NCBI GenBank assembly: GCA_038230375.1
Contig: JBBRNJ010000075.1
Coordinates: forward strand, 1-44,460
DNA length: 44,460 nucleotides
Origin: Polyangiales bacterium
GTDB taxonomy: Bacteria; Myxococcota_A; Polyangia; Polyangiales; Polyangiaceae
Reading direction: 5' to 3'
The position numbers were made by a program, and so were the translations under genes. The notes under the pieces were generated by a model that did no database searches, was not told where the DNA came from, and saw only the letters and a program-made list of their open reading frames with translations. This document shows, in pieces, positions 37,501-44,460 of the stretch (its first letter is position 1; each line of letters begins with the position of its first letter).

Positions 37501-38687
37501 CCGAGGCAAGGTCGACGGAGAGCGCCGAGGCCGACCTCACAGCCAGGGTGCAGCAAGGCTCGTTCGAGGCCGCCGAAGAGCTCGCGAAGCGCTGGTCGAA
37601 GAACCCGGACCGGGCGCGCGACGTCCTTCGAATGCGTTGCAAAGCCGTCGAGCTCGGGCCGTTCGACCTCGGGCGCTTGCAGTCGCTCTACGGCGCAGCG
37701 CTCGCTGACCACAACCAGAACCACGCGCGTGCAGTGGAGCACGTGCTCCGCACGTTCGACCCCGGTGGCGGCCCGCTGACACCGCCGCCCCTGGGCGCGC
37801 AGACCGAGCACCCAGGCTTCCTCGCGGTGCTCACGAGCCCCTCGCGCGACCCTGGGGTGACCGCGCTGCACGTGCTCTGGGAAGGGGCCAGCGGCCTCTT
37901 TGCCAAGAAAGCTGCATCCTACAAGCTCACGGGCCTGGAGCGCCTGGTCGCCGGTCCGGCCACCCCGCTCGGCCGCATCTACGAGTTCGCGATCCGCCTG
38001 CTCGAGGTGGGCGGCGTGCCGGTCTACGTGAAGCGCCCGATCGAGCCGAAAGGTGGGCAGTCCACGCGGCCCAGCAGCGCGCAGAGCGTCGCGCTGATGC
38101 AGCCGCCCGCTGCGGTGCTCGAAGTGGAGCCACGGCTGTCCCTCCCGGAGCTCGCGTACATGCTGGGCGAGGCGCTCGCCTCCGCGCTGCCGGAGAACGC
38201 CATTGCCCTTGGCCTTGGTGAGGACGACCTCAACACCACCTGGAAGGCGCTGGCCGCAGCGTTCGGACCGCCGGAGGACAGCAAGCGGATCGACCGCGCC
38301 AGCATGCCGCTCGCGGAGTCGTTCTGGCAGACGCTGCCGCCGCGCTCGCAGCGCAAGCTCTCGGAGCTGGTGCTTCCCGTGCACGATCAGCCGGTGGCGG
38401 AGACGATCGCTCACGCGCGACAGAGCGCTTGCCGCGTGGGCCTCTTCCTCTGCGGCGACTTCTCGATCGCGGCGCGCCGCCTGCTCGAGTCCCACAAGAT
38501 GGACGCAGCTGCGATTCTCTCCGACGCGCATGCGTTCGCGCGGGCCACGCGCGATCTGCCTGACCTCCTGGACCTGGTCCGCCTCGCGGTACAGCCTGAG
38601 TACGCGGATGCTCGGTGGACGCTGCCGCCGCCAGGCTCGCAGCGTTACTCGACGGGCGCGCTCTCGCTGCGTGGAGCCGCGGTGTGA
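31590..38687 (+). CDS. Giant TPR/alpha-solenoid protein with C-terminal degenerate M48-like domain (2365 aa)
   Basis: 7.1-kb ORF of Ala/Leu/Arg/Glu-rich helical repeats (AKKALERILEDDPENDGALRYLADL) with two Pro/Glu-rich linkers. C-terminal ELAYMLGEAL..SACRVGLFLCGD..LVRLAVQPEY. Confidence 0.85.
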   Translation: MQPASVGRVSMRPRGSQRPLVRRTGRRADYALLRAKIDAAHAAADLPAERDACLLLARRLAAKGRDLGEATELAARALSIQWDAETQREVSSWLESLGDHALAASSLRRVAETVTDPRKAVSLRIKVGVLRARAGDASGAAEAFREASQLEQSDSLALELLGTLAAWAPSEVSPRTASEAYAIAAERRALAGQKDAELEDLLRGFEADSSCPIVSFALADALGAAGRHGAADEVLRVHQSVCQRPGGVRDDRVRRALAAGEPQLALAAAVDAGDDSNVSGEETDAFDDLLQRLSLFEPIAARLEVRACMVSGASRARVLLSLSRVTGGPLASPLRSARAWASALTSDPSVELIVRGQELARDAGPVVMDALTDVVLGDAAKEVRLAASRVLAELAEERAETALAHFAYERGAALDPGSSLYPAGVLRLQPALLRLREEAEILRRSLEVTEGAARAPLLASFIGQIRSMPDEMQALSQSLTELTALAPADRTARGELFRLCLRKHDWAVAKTLLAAEDRAREKAEYASTLAFELGRAGDIVAASEILTLVTTNSERVAAATWMLGAVSGDESTRARGLLSFADHSPAQVRATLLALGGGLALATRDREAALGAAEAACQADPRCVRAVVLLSECVAPDHKRTYAQVMERALTLSVPRSQLCMKLARALADLGEADGAIAWTRRLLALRPGDLQAIDELSNLILEGRDAGKIADTLAWVLSQPEPSRSLSELGARVLGRLADLDTERAVVFARRALEVLGVRHELLRDALLLTAERAGNAALMATVLERWLGSGAAPAERADIYFRLAKAYRAIGDRDAEAHAIVRALDEGARKEDVQTLVRDLSVATLSAEGELSWLCARVLVADDESRAEASREYAAALFDLAQDHRGAARALVDAGDDAESTVRDAVELFGLDRALALLSEFAGETSKVETRASILRESARAGLVAGRCGLAFQLAVAALEADPERAVPLEIAEASALKASMWTELTELYDRVAARALGRFGRRAAHFRGARFFETIPDERVKSLAFKHASLAFGAVPSEKTLEVLARTATLANEREAGARVVAEVAESVRRAPTRAAWLIRAAEVAPEDEDGLRQRVDLLLRAVVSSTERATFAPLVETARRLLELSPGDRDVIALRTERAASALGKKTEGPEGARLALAFAELAVSVLSDANLAWRSILRAIKQDGDIDEYERLLPYAEVLARDGEVAASMKTAMGEAEKPSSNVGLAALKLLGQIGKLCESHDVRARALVMAVERESDDDSLVLEAHEAAVMSMNPTTLARLEKKVGTKRLDEVVPNRRPSGEMQAVKPLSNLPALEEGAQSESLAVISSVGPESPSPTLAEPVFDPMPMPASEPFAVPPSLAIEPVASMPADTIPGVGQPVHHDYAPGAVIREPHGGDLPPPAVDDAVPVALSTRAPPMSVVDDGLEEQLALDERYEELATVLARREARLVSRGDDDRVRALRFRLAAVLEQRVGNIQEAKKALERILEDDPENDGALRYLADLCERHPTLGLMESAARALLALLSSATDEEKSGMTLRLARAYIALGRVESAVALARTLTDPESFDALDLAVELARATDAHSDLGRALEARAYAEQDDVRRARFLEEAATAALAAGELDVGLARVRKAISIAPLRPETALLSAELAYRARGVGAPDEARAMAESLAALGEMDAAHRELATFLRAEALDAVMGRGAGLDLLRAYPNPSAPLIALGIAERYSRTARYADALPRFAQALNGDLRGLRGRERVALAAAEAALKDGDVGAAQLYLEQAAKDPALADMVTQRRIELERLSQRPTFPNYRDVEDDEAVPLSLISNRAPSATNAPGTEEAPIPLQSTATRPEPEAPIMLEQAARVEPEAPIALEPTERVEAEAPIILKSVLQDGARVVPAAEEPPPIPDEVLAAAIRQSFYPEAVDSAPPTQVDIAPMGGMQPTPVPTTVREAEREAEREAPPPDAAIVEPASEARSTESAEADLTARVQQGSFEAAEELAKRWSKNPDRARDVLRMRCKAVELGPFDLGRLQSLYGAALADHNQNHARAVEHVLRTFDPGGGPLTPPPLGAQTEHPGFLAVLTSPSRDPGVTALHVLWEGASGLFAKKAASYKLTGLERLVAGPATPLGRIYEFAIRLLEVGGVPVYVKRPIEPKGGQSTRPSSAQSVALMQPPAAVLEVEPRLSLPELAYMLGEALASALPENAIALGLGEDDLNTTWKALAAAFGPPEDSKRIDRASMPLAESFWQTLPPRSQRKLSELVLPVHDQPVAETIAHARQSACRVGLFLCGDFSIAARRLLESHKMDAAAILSDAHAFARATRDLPDLLDLVRLAVQPEYADARWTLPPPGSQRYSTGALSLRGAAV
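37098..37241 (+). repeat. Degenerate 42-45-bp coding repeat (EAPI four times)
   Basis: GAGGCGCC(C/G)AT at 37098, 37143, 37185 and 37227. Confidence 0.8.
37433..37466 (+). repeat. 12-bp coding tandem repeat (REAE)
   Basis: GCGAGAAGCCGA twice plus a 10-bp third copy. Confidence 0.85.
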
Positions 38688-38746
38688 GGCTCGGAGAGAG
38701 AACCGTGGCGAGCCGAAATCACGGTGCGGTGTGGGGGAACCCCGCG

Positions 38747-39334
38747 ATGAAGCTGCGGGCCGGCATCGTGGCGGCAGCCGTCGTGTTGTGCGGACTGTCT
38801 GCGGTTCGTGTGCTCACCGGCTGCATCATCGCGGATACGCCCGACGACCTCCCGAAGCTGCCGGTGTTCCGGCCCACCATTCTGCATGGCTCCGTGGTGC
38901 CGCCGGACAACCAGGTGCTGCGCTCCTTCCCGGAGAAGTTCGTGGTGCCTGTGGAGCTGGTGGATCCCACGGCGACGTTTCAGTGGCACGCGTTCATTGA
39001 CTACGACCCGGTGACGGGCGAGGGCATCAGCGACGTTGGCAGTAGCTCGTTCGACCCTGCGAGCGCGGATGGCGGCGTACGCACGCTCGAGATCTCGCTC
39101 CAGTCGCCGTCGGATCTCTCGCGCTGTCACCTGATCGAGATCCTCGTCGCGCACGGGTTTCACGGGGACTTCGACGGCAGGCAGGCACACACGCCAGACG
39201 CGATCGGCGGCGACATCGTGTCGTGGTTCTTTGCGCCCAATGGTGACGTCCAGAGATGCCCCACGTTCGACGCTGGCCCCGACACTGACGGCGACGCCGG
39301 TTCGACCGATGGGAGCGGAGGCCAGGTGCAATGA
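38747..39334 (+). CDS. Hypothetical lipoprotein (195 aa)
   Basis: Signal ending in VLTG-C; beta-rich body; DAG tail. An alternative GTG at 38684 overlaps the upstream stop. Confidence 0.75.
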   Translation: MKLRAGIVAAAVVLCGLSAVRVLTGCIIADTPDDLPKLPVFRPTILHGSVVPPDNQVLRSFPEKFVVPVELVDPTATFQWHAFIDYDPVTGEGISDVGSSSFDPASADGGVRTLEISLQSPSDLSRCHLIEILVAHGFHGDFDGRQAHTPDAIGGDIVSWFFAPNGDVQRCPTFDAGPDTDGDAGSTDGSGGQVQ

Positions 39335-41151
39335 GGCGCGTCGCAGCGGTCCTCGTCTGTTCCGTGTTCGTCGCTCTTGCTTGCGAGCCCATCGTCGGTA
39401 CGCCGCCCGCTGCAGTCCCTCACAACGAATGCCCCGCTCACTTCTGCGAGGCGTACACGCAGGAAGGAACGAAACCGCAATGCAGTGCGGGGCGCTGCGA
39501 GGCCGGAAAACCCACGTATCCGTATCTTCTGGTCGTCGACGTGCCCACGACCTCGTTCTTCGGTGCGGGTCGGAGTTTCGTCCTGGACAGCCGCACCTTC
39601 GTGGGCGCAAAGGGGACCTCCAAGTGCCCTGCGCTGACCTGCCTCCAGCTGCCATCGCTCGTTCCCGTCCAGACCTCGCTCGTCGTCGACAAGCCATCCG
39701 CGGGCGCGCTTGGCCTCACCGTGCCGACCTCGGCGACAGCGCCCACGCCCCACCCGCAGCTCACCACGTTCGTATTGCTTCCGCCTGGCTCCGATCTGAC
39801 CGACAAACGCACGGCGCAGGATATCGGGATCCCGGTGGTGGATCTCATGTCGGACCTGGTCACAGTGAGCGCGGGCATCCCGGCATCTTCTGCGGAGATC
39901 GCGCCGGGTCGATACCAGCGCATCGTCATGCCGCAGGAGCCAGGCGTGCCACCCATCGTTTCGTCGCTCGACCACGTTGCCTCGCCGTCGTTCATCGAGG
40001 AGATCGTCATCGGGTCAGCCGGCTATGCGCTCGACGAGCCGGCGGGTGGCCGGACGCGGCTCGCGCATCTCACGCGCACGGGCGGGCTGGATGGGTTCCG
40101 CGTGTGGCTCGAGGACGCCGTGACGGAGACGCGCATCTCCACCGTCCACACCCTCGTCGGTGAGGACGCCATCGCGCGCACGGACACCGTGAACCAGAAC
40201 GATGGGAGCGTCCTCCGCGCCAACGTCAACATCGTGGTGGCACCACCGCTGAACTCGGTGGGCATCCCGACGCTGAAGAACGGCATTCTCCAGGGCGTCG
40301 GCTTCGACACGGCGTTTCCCGCACTTCCTCCCCCAGCGAGCGTTCGCGGAACGGTGGTGTCGCCGTCGGGCGCGCCGGTCTCGGGGACAGTCGTCCTGGA
40401 CAGCCAGCAGATCGCGCTGGTTCCGCCCGACAAGCCGGTGAGCTTCCTCCGGTACACCACCACGGTGCGGACGGACGCGAACGGCGCCTTCGCGACCGTG
40501 CTGCCACCAGGCTCGTACGCGGTCACGGTGATCCCGTCCGCAAGCTCATCGCTGGCACCATTGCGTGCGACCACGGTGACGGTGTCTGCGGATGCTGCCC
40601 TGCGTCCGTTCGTCGTGACCGACCTCTCGCGCGTGTCCGGGCGTGCGCTCCTCTCCGATGGCCGCCCGCTGGCCTTCGCCGAGGTCGTCGCGCAGCCGTC
40701 CGTGGTGCAGCCTGATCAGCCCGACGCGCTCAAGCGCCTGCGGCCCTGGCTCTTTCCTCGTGAGGCGCGTGCCGTCACCGACAGCGACGGCACCTTCACC
40801 GTCCGTGTAGAAGAGGGCACGTTCGACTTCGTGGTCATCCCGCAGCCCGGAACGGGGTTTGGGCGCACGGTGAGCCCGTCGAGAAAGGTGTCGCCGTCGC
40901 AGACCGGTGCTGGGGTGGATGCAGGCAACGGCGACGGCGGTGCCCCGGGCAATGATCTCGGCACGCTCCTGGTGCCAGCGCCCCTGAAGGTCGCGTTCAC
41001 GATCCACGACCCCAACGGCAACCCGATCGTGCAGGCCGTGGTCCGGGCTCTGACCTTGCCGACGGGCCACAAGGAGTATGTCGAGGTCGGTTCTGCCCTG
41101 ACGAACGCTCAGGGGCAGTTCGAGATCCTCCTGGGCCCGGTTCCTCGGTAA
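39331..41151 (+). CDS. Lipoprotein with carboxypeptidase-regulatory-like (prealbumin-fold) beta domains (606 aa)
   Basis: ATGA overlap; signal ..FVALA-C; three repeats of the type VRGTVVSPSGAPV..TDANGAF / VSGRALLSDGRPL..TDSDGTF / IHDPNGNPI..TNAQGQF. Confidence 0.78.
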   Translation: MRRVAAVLVCSVFVALACEPIVGTPPAAVPHNECPAHFCEAYTQEGTKPQCSAGRCEAGKPTYPYLLVVDVPTTSFFGAGRSFVLDSRTFVGAKGTSKCPALTCLQLPSLVPVQTSLVVDKPSAGALGLTVPTSATAPTPHPQLTTFVLLPPGSDLTDKRTAQDIGIPVVDLMSDLVTVSAGIPASSAEIAPGRYQRIVMPQEPGVPPIVSSLDHVASPSFIEEIVIGSAGYALDEPAGGRTRLAHLTRTGGLDGFRVWLEDAVTETRISTVHTLVGEDAIARTDTVNQNDGSVLRANVNIVVAPPLNSVGIPTLKNGILQGVGFDTAFPALPPPASVRGTVVSPSGAPVSGTVVLDSQQIALVPPDKPVSFLRYTTTVRTDANGAFATVLPPGSYAVTVIPSASSSLAPLRATTVTVSADAALRPFVVTDLSRVSGRALLSDGRPLAFAEVVAQPSVVQPDQPDALKRLRPWLFPREARAVTDSDGTFTVRVEEGTFDFVVIPQPGTGFGRTVSPSRKVSPSQTGAGVDAGNGDGGAPGNDLGTLLVPAPLKVAFTIHDPNGNPIVQAVVRALTLPTGHKEYVEVGSALTNAQGQFEILLGPVPR

Positions 41152-41211
41152 AAACGCTTGCTTGGATTCAATCGACGACCGCGCGCGCCTGGGTTAGCAT
41201 CGACTGCGTAG

Positions 41212-41778
41212 ATGGTGACGGAAGACAAAATCAACCTGCTCGCGCGCGTGGCGAAGAACCACAGCCCGGTCGCGAACGGGAAGCCGGTCTCGATCCTGGC
41301 GCTGGCCGCGGCTTCGTACGGCTCACAACCCGAAGGCGACAGCACGGTGCCGACTGGGTTCGATCCCGCTGCGGCGCAGCTCTTCGAGAGCATCGTCGAG
41401 GGCGCTTATCTCGTCGCCAATGCAGACGGCGTGTTCGACGCCGAAGAGCGCAAGACATTCGAGCGCGTCGTGAGCGTGGCCTGCGGTGGCGCGGTCCTCC
41501 CGAAGCACATCGAGGAGCTCGTTGGCGATCTCAAGGGCCAGCTCGAAGAAGACGGCATGGAGCAGCGCATTGCGCGCCTCGCCGCGCCGATCCACAAGCC
41601 CGAGCACGCGCAGGAGGTCCTTCGCATCGCGGCCCTCATCGCGCAGACCAGCGACGACGTGAGCGACGTGGAGCGCAAGGTCCTGGAGGGGCTCGCCGCG
41701 GCATGCAAGCTCGGTCCGGGCGCCGTCGACACCGCGCTGCGCGAGGTCAAAGAAGCTCTCGCGCGCACCGGCGCATGA
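41212..41778 (+). CDS. TerB-family (tellurite resistance-like) protein
   Basis: Paired helical motifs LVANADGVFDAEER and LIAQTSDDVSDVERKVLEGLA. Confidence 0.8.
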   Translation: MVTEDKINLLARVAKNHSPVANGKPVSILALAAASYGSQPEGDSTVPTGFDPAAAQLFESIVEGAYLVANADGVFDAEERKTFERVVSVACGGAVLPKHIEELVGDLKGQLEEDGMEQRIARLAAPIHKPEHAQEVLRIAALIAQTSDDVSDVERKVLEGLAAACKLGPGAVDTALREVKEALARTGA

Positions 41779-41811
41779 ACCGGTAGCGCACGCAGCTACA
41801 CCTCCGGGCCG

Positions 41812-43194
41812 CTACAGCTCGGGCGCTAGTAGACGCGCGAGCGGCTCGATGGGCCACGCGCGCCTCTTCGTTCGCAGCGTGCCTTCCTCCGACTCGGCGA
41901 TGAGCGCGCCGATGAAGCCGTCGATCTTCGCCACGCTCGGCTGGTCATACACGAAGATGGCGTTCTCGTAGTTGAGGAGCAGACTCCGCGCGTCCATGTT
42001 GGGCGAGCCGACGAACGCGAAGCAGTCGTCGACCACCATGGCCTTCGCGTGAACCATCCCGTGCGCGAAGCCGTGGAGATGAACACCTGCGGAGGCGAGC
42101 TCCCGGAGGAACGGGCGCCGCGCGACGTCCGCAATGGTGTGATTGGAGCGCGTGGGCATCACCAGCGCCGTGTCGATGCCGCTGCGCCCCGCCAGGACCA
42201 GTGCGCGCTGCAGCGGTTCGTCGGGGATGTAGTACGGCGTCACGATCCGCACGCGCTTCTCCGCGCGCCCGATCGCGACCAGCAGCGCGTCGTAGAGCGC
42301 GTCGTCAGCCCTGTCCGGGCCGCTCGGCACGAACTGGAGGCGTGCCGTACCAGCCGTAGGCGGTGGTTCTTGCGTAGCCGTGTTGGGCGCGGTCTCGTTG
42401 CCGCAGAAGCGCCAGTCGGAGAGGAACAGCTGCTCCGCGCTCGCGGCGACTGGACCCTTTGCCACTGCTCCGAGATCGCGGAAGCGACCATCGAATGGTG
42501 CCTTGCCCATGTACTCGATGGCGAGGTTCATGCCGCCCGTGAAGACGGCTGCACCATCCACGATGACGAGCTTGCGGTGGCTCCGGAGGTTGCCAGAGCC
42601 ACGAAAGGGAAGGCGCAGAAGCGGCATGAACGTACGGACGACACCGCCGGCCGCGCGCAGCTCCCGCGTCGCGTAGCGGCGCATGCTTCGCGAGCCGATG
42701 GCGTCGACGATCAATCTCACGTCGACACCGCGACGTGACTGCGCGCACAAGAGGGAGACCATTGTCCTTCCGGTGTCGTCGTCCCCGAGGATGAAGATCG
42801 TGACGTACAGACGCTCCTTCGCGCTCTGGACCAGCGCGACGAGCGCCTCGTAGGCAGCCACGCCATCGCCGAAGATCTCGATCTCGTTGTCCGCGCGCGC
42901 GCCATCGATGCCAGCCTCGAAGAGCACGCGTTCCACGGGCCGTGACGGCGGCGGGACGTCCCTCGTCGGCGAGGATGCCGGGCGCGGGAGCTCCAGCATC
43001 CGATGAACCAGCTTGCGCGTACCGAACACGATGTAGAGCGGGACCGCCAGCTGCGGAGCGAAGATGAAGCCCAGGAGCCACGAGATCGTGCTCTGCGAGC
43101 TGCGTCGCGTCTGCAGCAGGTGGAGCGAGGCCAGGACCGAGCTTGTCACGGAGACCACCGTCACCGCATGGGAGAGCAGGTAGAGCCAGGGCAT
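41812..43194 (-). CDS. cls: Cardiolipin synthase (phospholipase D family)
   Basis: Two N-terminal TM segments (..WLLGFIFAP..LYIVFG) and two HKD motifs: HRKLVIVD..GGMN and HAKAMVVD..GSPNMDARS. Confidence 0.92.
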   Translation of the reverse strand: MPWLYLLSHAVTVVSVTSSVLASLHLLQTRRSSQSTISWLLGFIFAPQLAVPLYIVFGTRKLVHRMLELPRPASSPTRDVPPPSRPVERVLFEAGIDGARADNEIEIFGDGVAAYEALVALVQSAKERLYVTIFILGDDDTGRTMVSLLCAQSRRGVDVRLIVDAIGSRSMRRYATRELRAAGGVVRTFMPLLRLPFRGSGNLRSHRKLVIVDGAAVFTGGMNLAIEYMGKAPFDGRFRDLGAVAKGPVAASAEQLFLSDWRFCGNETAPNTATQEPPPTAGTARLQFVPSGPDRADDALYDALLVAIGRAEKRVRIVTPYYIPDEPLQRALVLAGRSGIDTALVMPTRSNHTIADVARRPFLRELASAGVHLHGFAHGMVHAKAMVVDDCFAFVGSPNMDARSLLLNYENAIFVYDQPSVAKIDGFIGALIAESEEGTLRTKRRAWPIEPLARLLAPEL

Positions 43195-43199
43195 GCGCG

Positions 43200-44459
43200 T
43201 TACGAGGTGAGTGCAGCCACTGCGTCCATCAGCAGCCCCGCGTCACCGTCGCGGCCGTCCGCCCTTGCGTCGGTCGCTGCGCGTGTGAGCGCTGCCTTGA
43301 GCGCCTGTCCCGTGGCGGCGACGTCGCCCTCGTCCAGCCGCGAGAAGGCGAGCGCGACGAGCTCGTGCGCGCGTCCCAGATCCGCGAGCACCTCGGCGAG
43401 CTCGATCACGACCGCAGCGTCGCGCGCGTTTGCGCGCAGCGCGTTCGTGAGCTCCTCCGCGCGGCTCTCCGGGTCCACGATGCGGGCAGGCTCTTTCAGC
43501 GGAGCGCGTGTGGTCTCTGGCGGCGGCCCCATGACAGCCGCCTCGGCACTGGGGTTCACCTTCGCGAGCACGGCGCGATGTCGTTCAGCGGCGCGTGCGT
43601 CACGGCGAACGTCTTCTTCGAACGCGACGGCGGCAAGGAGTGCGTCCGTGACGTTCGCGTCAGGGCGCGCCTCTGCGAAGTCACGAATGCGCGCGTAGGC
43701 GGTGGAGGCGCCGGCCGTGTCCTTGAGCTCCGCGCGCAGCTGGGCCTCCAGCGCTCGGGCCGCGACGAAAGCCAGGGAATCAGGCCCGATCGTCGTGAGC
43801 CGTGCCACCGCCTGCGAGCGATCACCGAGGGCGGCGAGAGCACGTGCAAGGGCGAGGATCGCGTCGGGCAGGGGGCTTCGCTCCACGGCCTCCGACAGGA
43901 GTGCCGCGCCACGCGCCGTGCGTCCCTCTGCGACCAGGGCCATGCCCAGGCGAGCGAGGGCCTCCGCGGAGTCCGGCTCGTAACGCAGCGCTCGTTCGAG
44001 GAGGCCGCGCGACTCCGTGATCGCGCCTGCGTCATGGAACAATGCTGCCGCGTGGACGAGAACGTCGTGCTTGTCGCGGGCGCCGTGTGCGGAGGCCTCG
44101 AGGTGGGCGACGTCCCCACGCGCCGCATCCACGTGGCCCACGCCAAGCGCACGACCCATGCGCTGCTTGCGAAGCGCGGACAGGTGAGGGGCGCGGGCGA
44201 TCGCTCGATCAAGAAGCGCCATCGCAGAGCGCGGGTCCAGCGTGAGCTCCGCCGCGTACGCGAGCATGAGCGCGGCTACCGCATTGGAAGGCTCCGCGTC
44301 CGCGCCCGTCAGCAGCGCAGCGACGGCGTCGTCGGGCCTGCCAGCACGCATCAGGAGCTCTCCACGCAGCTCACCGACGTAGCAAGGCCGCGTCGGATCC
44401 GCCTCTGCCAGCGTGGCAAGGGAGCTCTCCGCGCGGTCGCGCTCGTACGCGTCTATCTC
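43200..44459 (-). CDS. TPR-repeat protein (5'-truncated by window edge)
   Basis: The frame stays open from 44351 to the window end. TPR units such as LERALRYEPDSAEALARLGMAL. Stops 5 nt before the cls ATG. Confidence 0.8.
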   Translation of the reverse strand, partial: EIDAYERDRAESSLATLAEADPTRPCYVGELRGELLMRAGRPDDAVAALLTGADAEPSNAVAALMLAYAAELTLDPRSAMALLDRAIARAPHLSALRKQRMGRALGVGHVDAARGDVAHLEASAHGARDKHDVLVHAAALFHDAGAITESRGLLERALRYEPDSAEALARLGMALVAEGRTARGAALLSEAVERSPLPDAILALARALAALGDRSQAVARLTTIGPDSLAFVAARALEAQLRAELKDTAGASTAYARIRDFAEARPDANVTDALLAAVAFEEDVRRDARAAERHRAVLAKVNPSAEAAVMGPPPETTRAPLKEPARIVDPESRAEELTNALRANARDAAVVIELAEVLADLGRAHELVALAFSRLDEGDVAATGQALKAALTRAATDARADGRDGDAGLLMDAVAALTS

Positions 44460-44460
44460 C

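Noticed and set aside
41212..43194. Ter stress or anti-phage island (TerB plus PLD nuclease)
   Set aside because: There is a single TerB-like gene, and the convergent PLD protein has the TM anchors and twin HKD layout of ordinary cardiolipin synthase.

Overview
High-GC bacterial DNA. The gene repertoire (a MYXO-CTERM protein, DAG-rich linkers, Cys-rich lipoproteins, giant TPR proteins, a Hanks kinase, an MJ0042-type zinc-ribbon protein) points to Myxococcota, most likely Polyangiales; this is an inference. In order, the window holds: the 3' end of clpX, a TPR-like gene, lon, and tRNA-Val(TAC) plus tRNA-Asp(GTC) with promoter and terminator. A roughly 9 kb block of exported proteins follows (a pilin-like ORF, a small lipoprotein, an RTX-repeat lipoprotein, two paralogous lipoproteins, and an FG-GAP/Cys-rich/MYXO-CTERM protein). 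Next come an SDR + acyltransferase pair, an LD-carboxypeptidase, an 1881-aa TPR protein, a Ser/Thr kinase, an M23 peptidase, a HEAT + methyltransferase-like pair and a 49-Cys lipoprotein. Then a tightly packed five-gene operon (zinc-ribbon/GYF-like/TM/TPR, SppA, a 2365-aa solenoid, two lipoproteins), a TerB-family gene, cardiolipin synthase, and a TPR gene cut by the window edge. I saw no integrase, transposase, CRISPR array, reverse transcriptase or defence system. The best leads are the five-gene candidate trans-envelope operon ending its giant protein in an apparently dead M48-like domain, two sigma54 promoters sharing a 19-bp upstream motif, several apparently leaderless genes, a pilin-like lipoprotein with a probable 1-nt frameshift, and a module inserted in the RTX lipoprotein. 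All family calls come from motif recognition by eye; no database search was run, so novelty is unproven.
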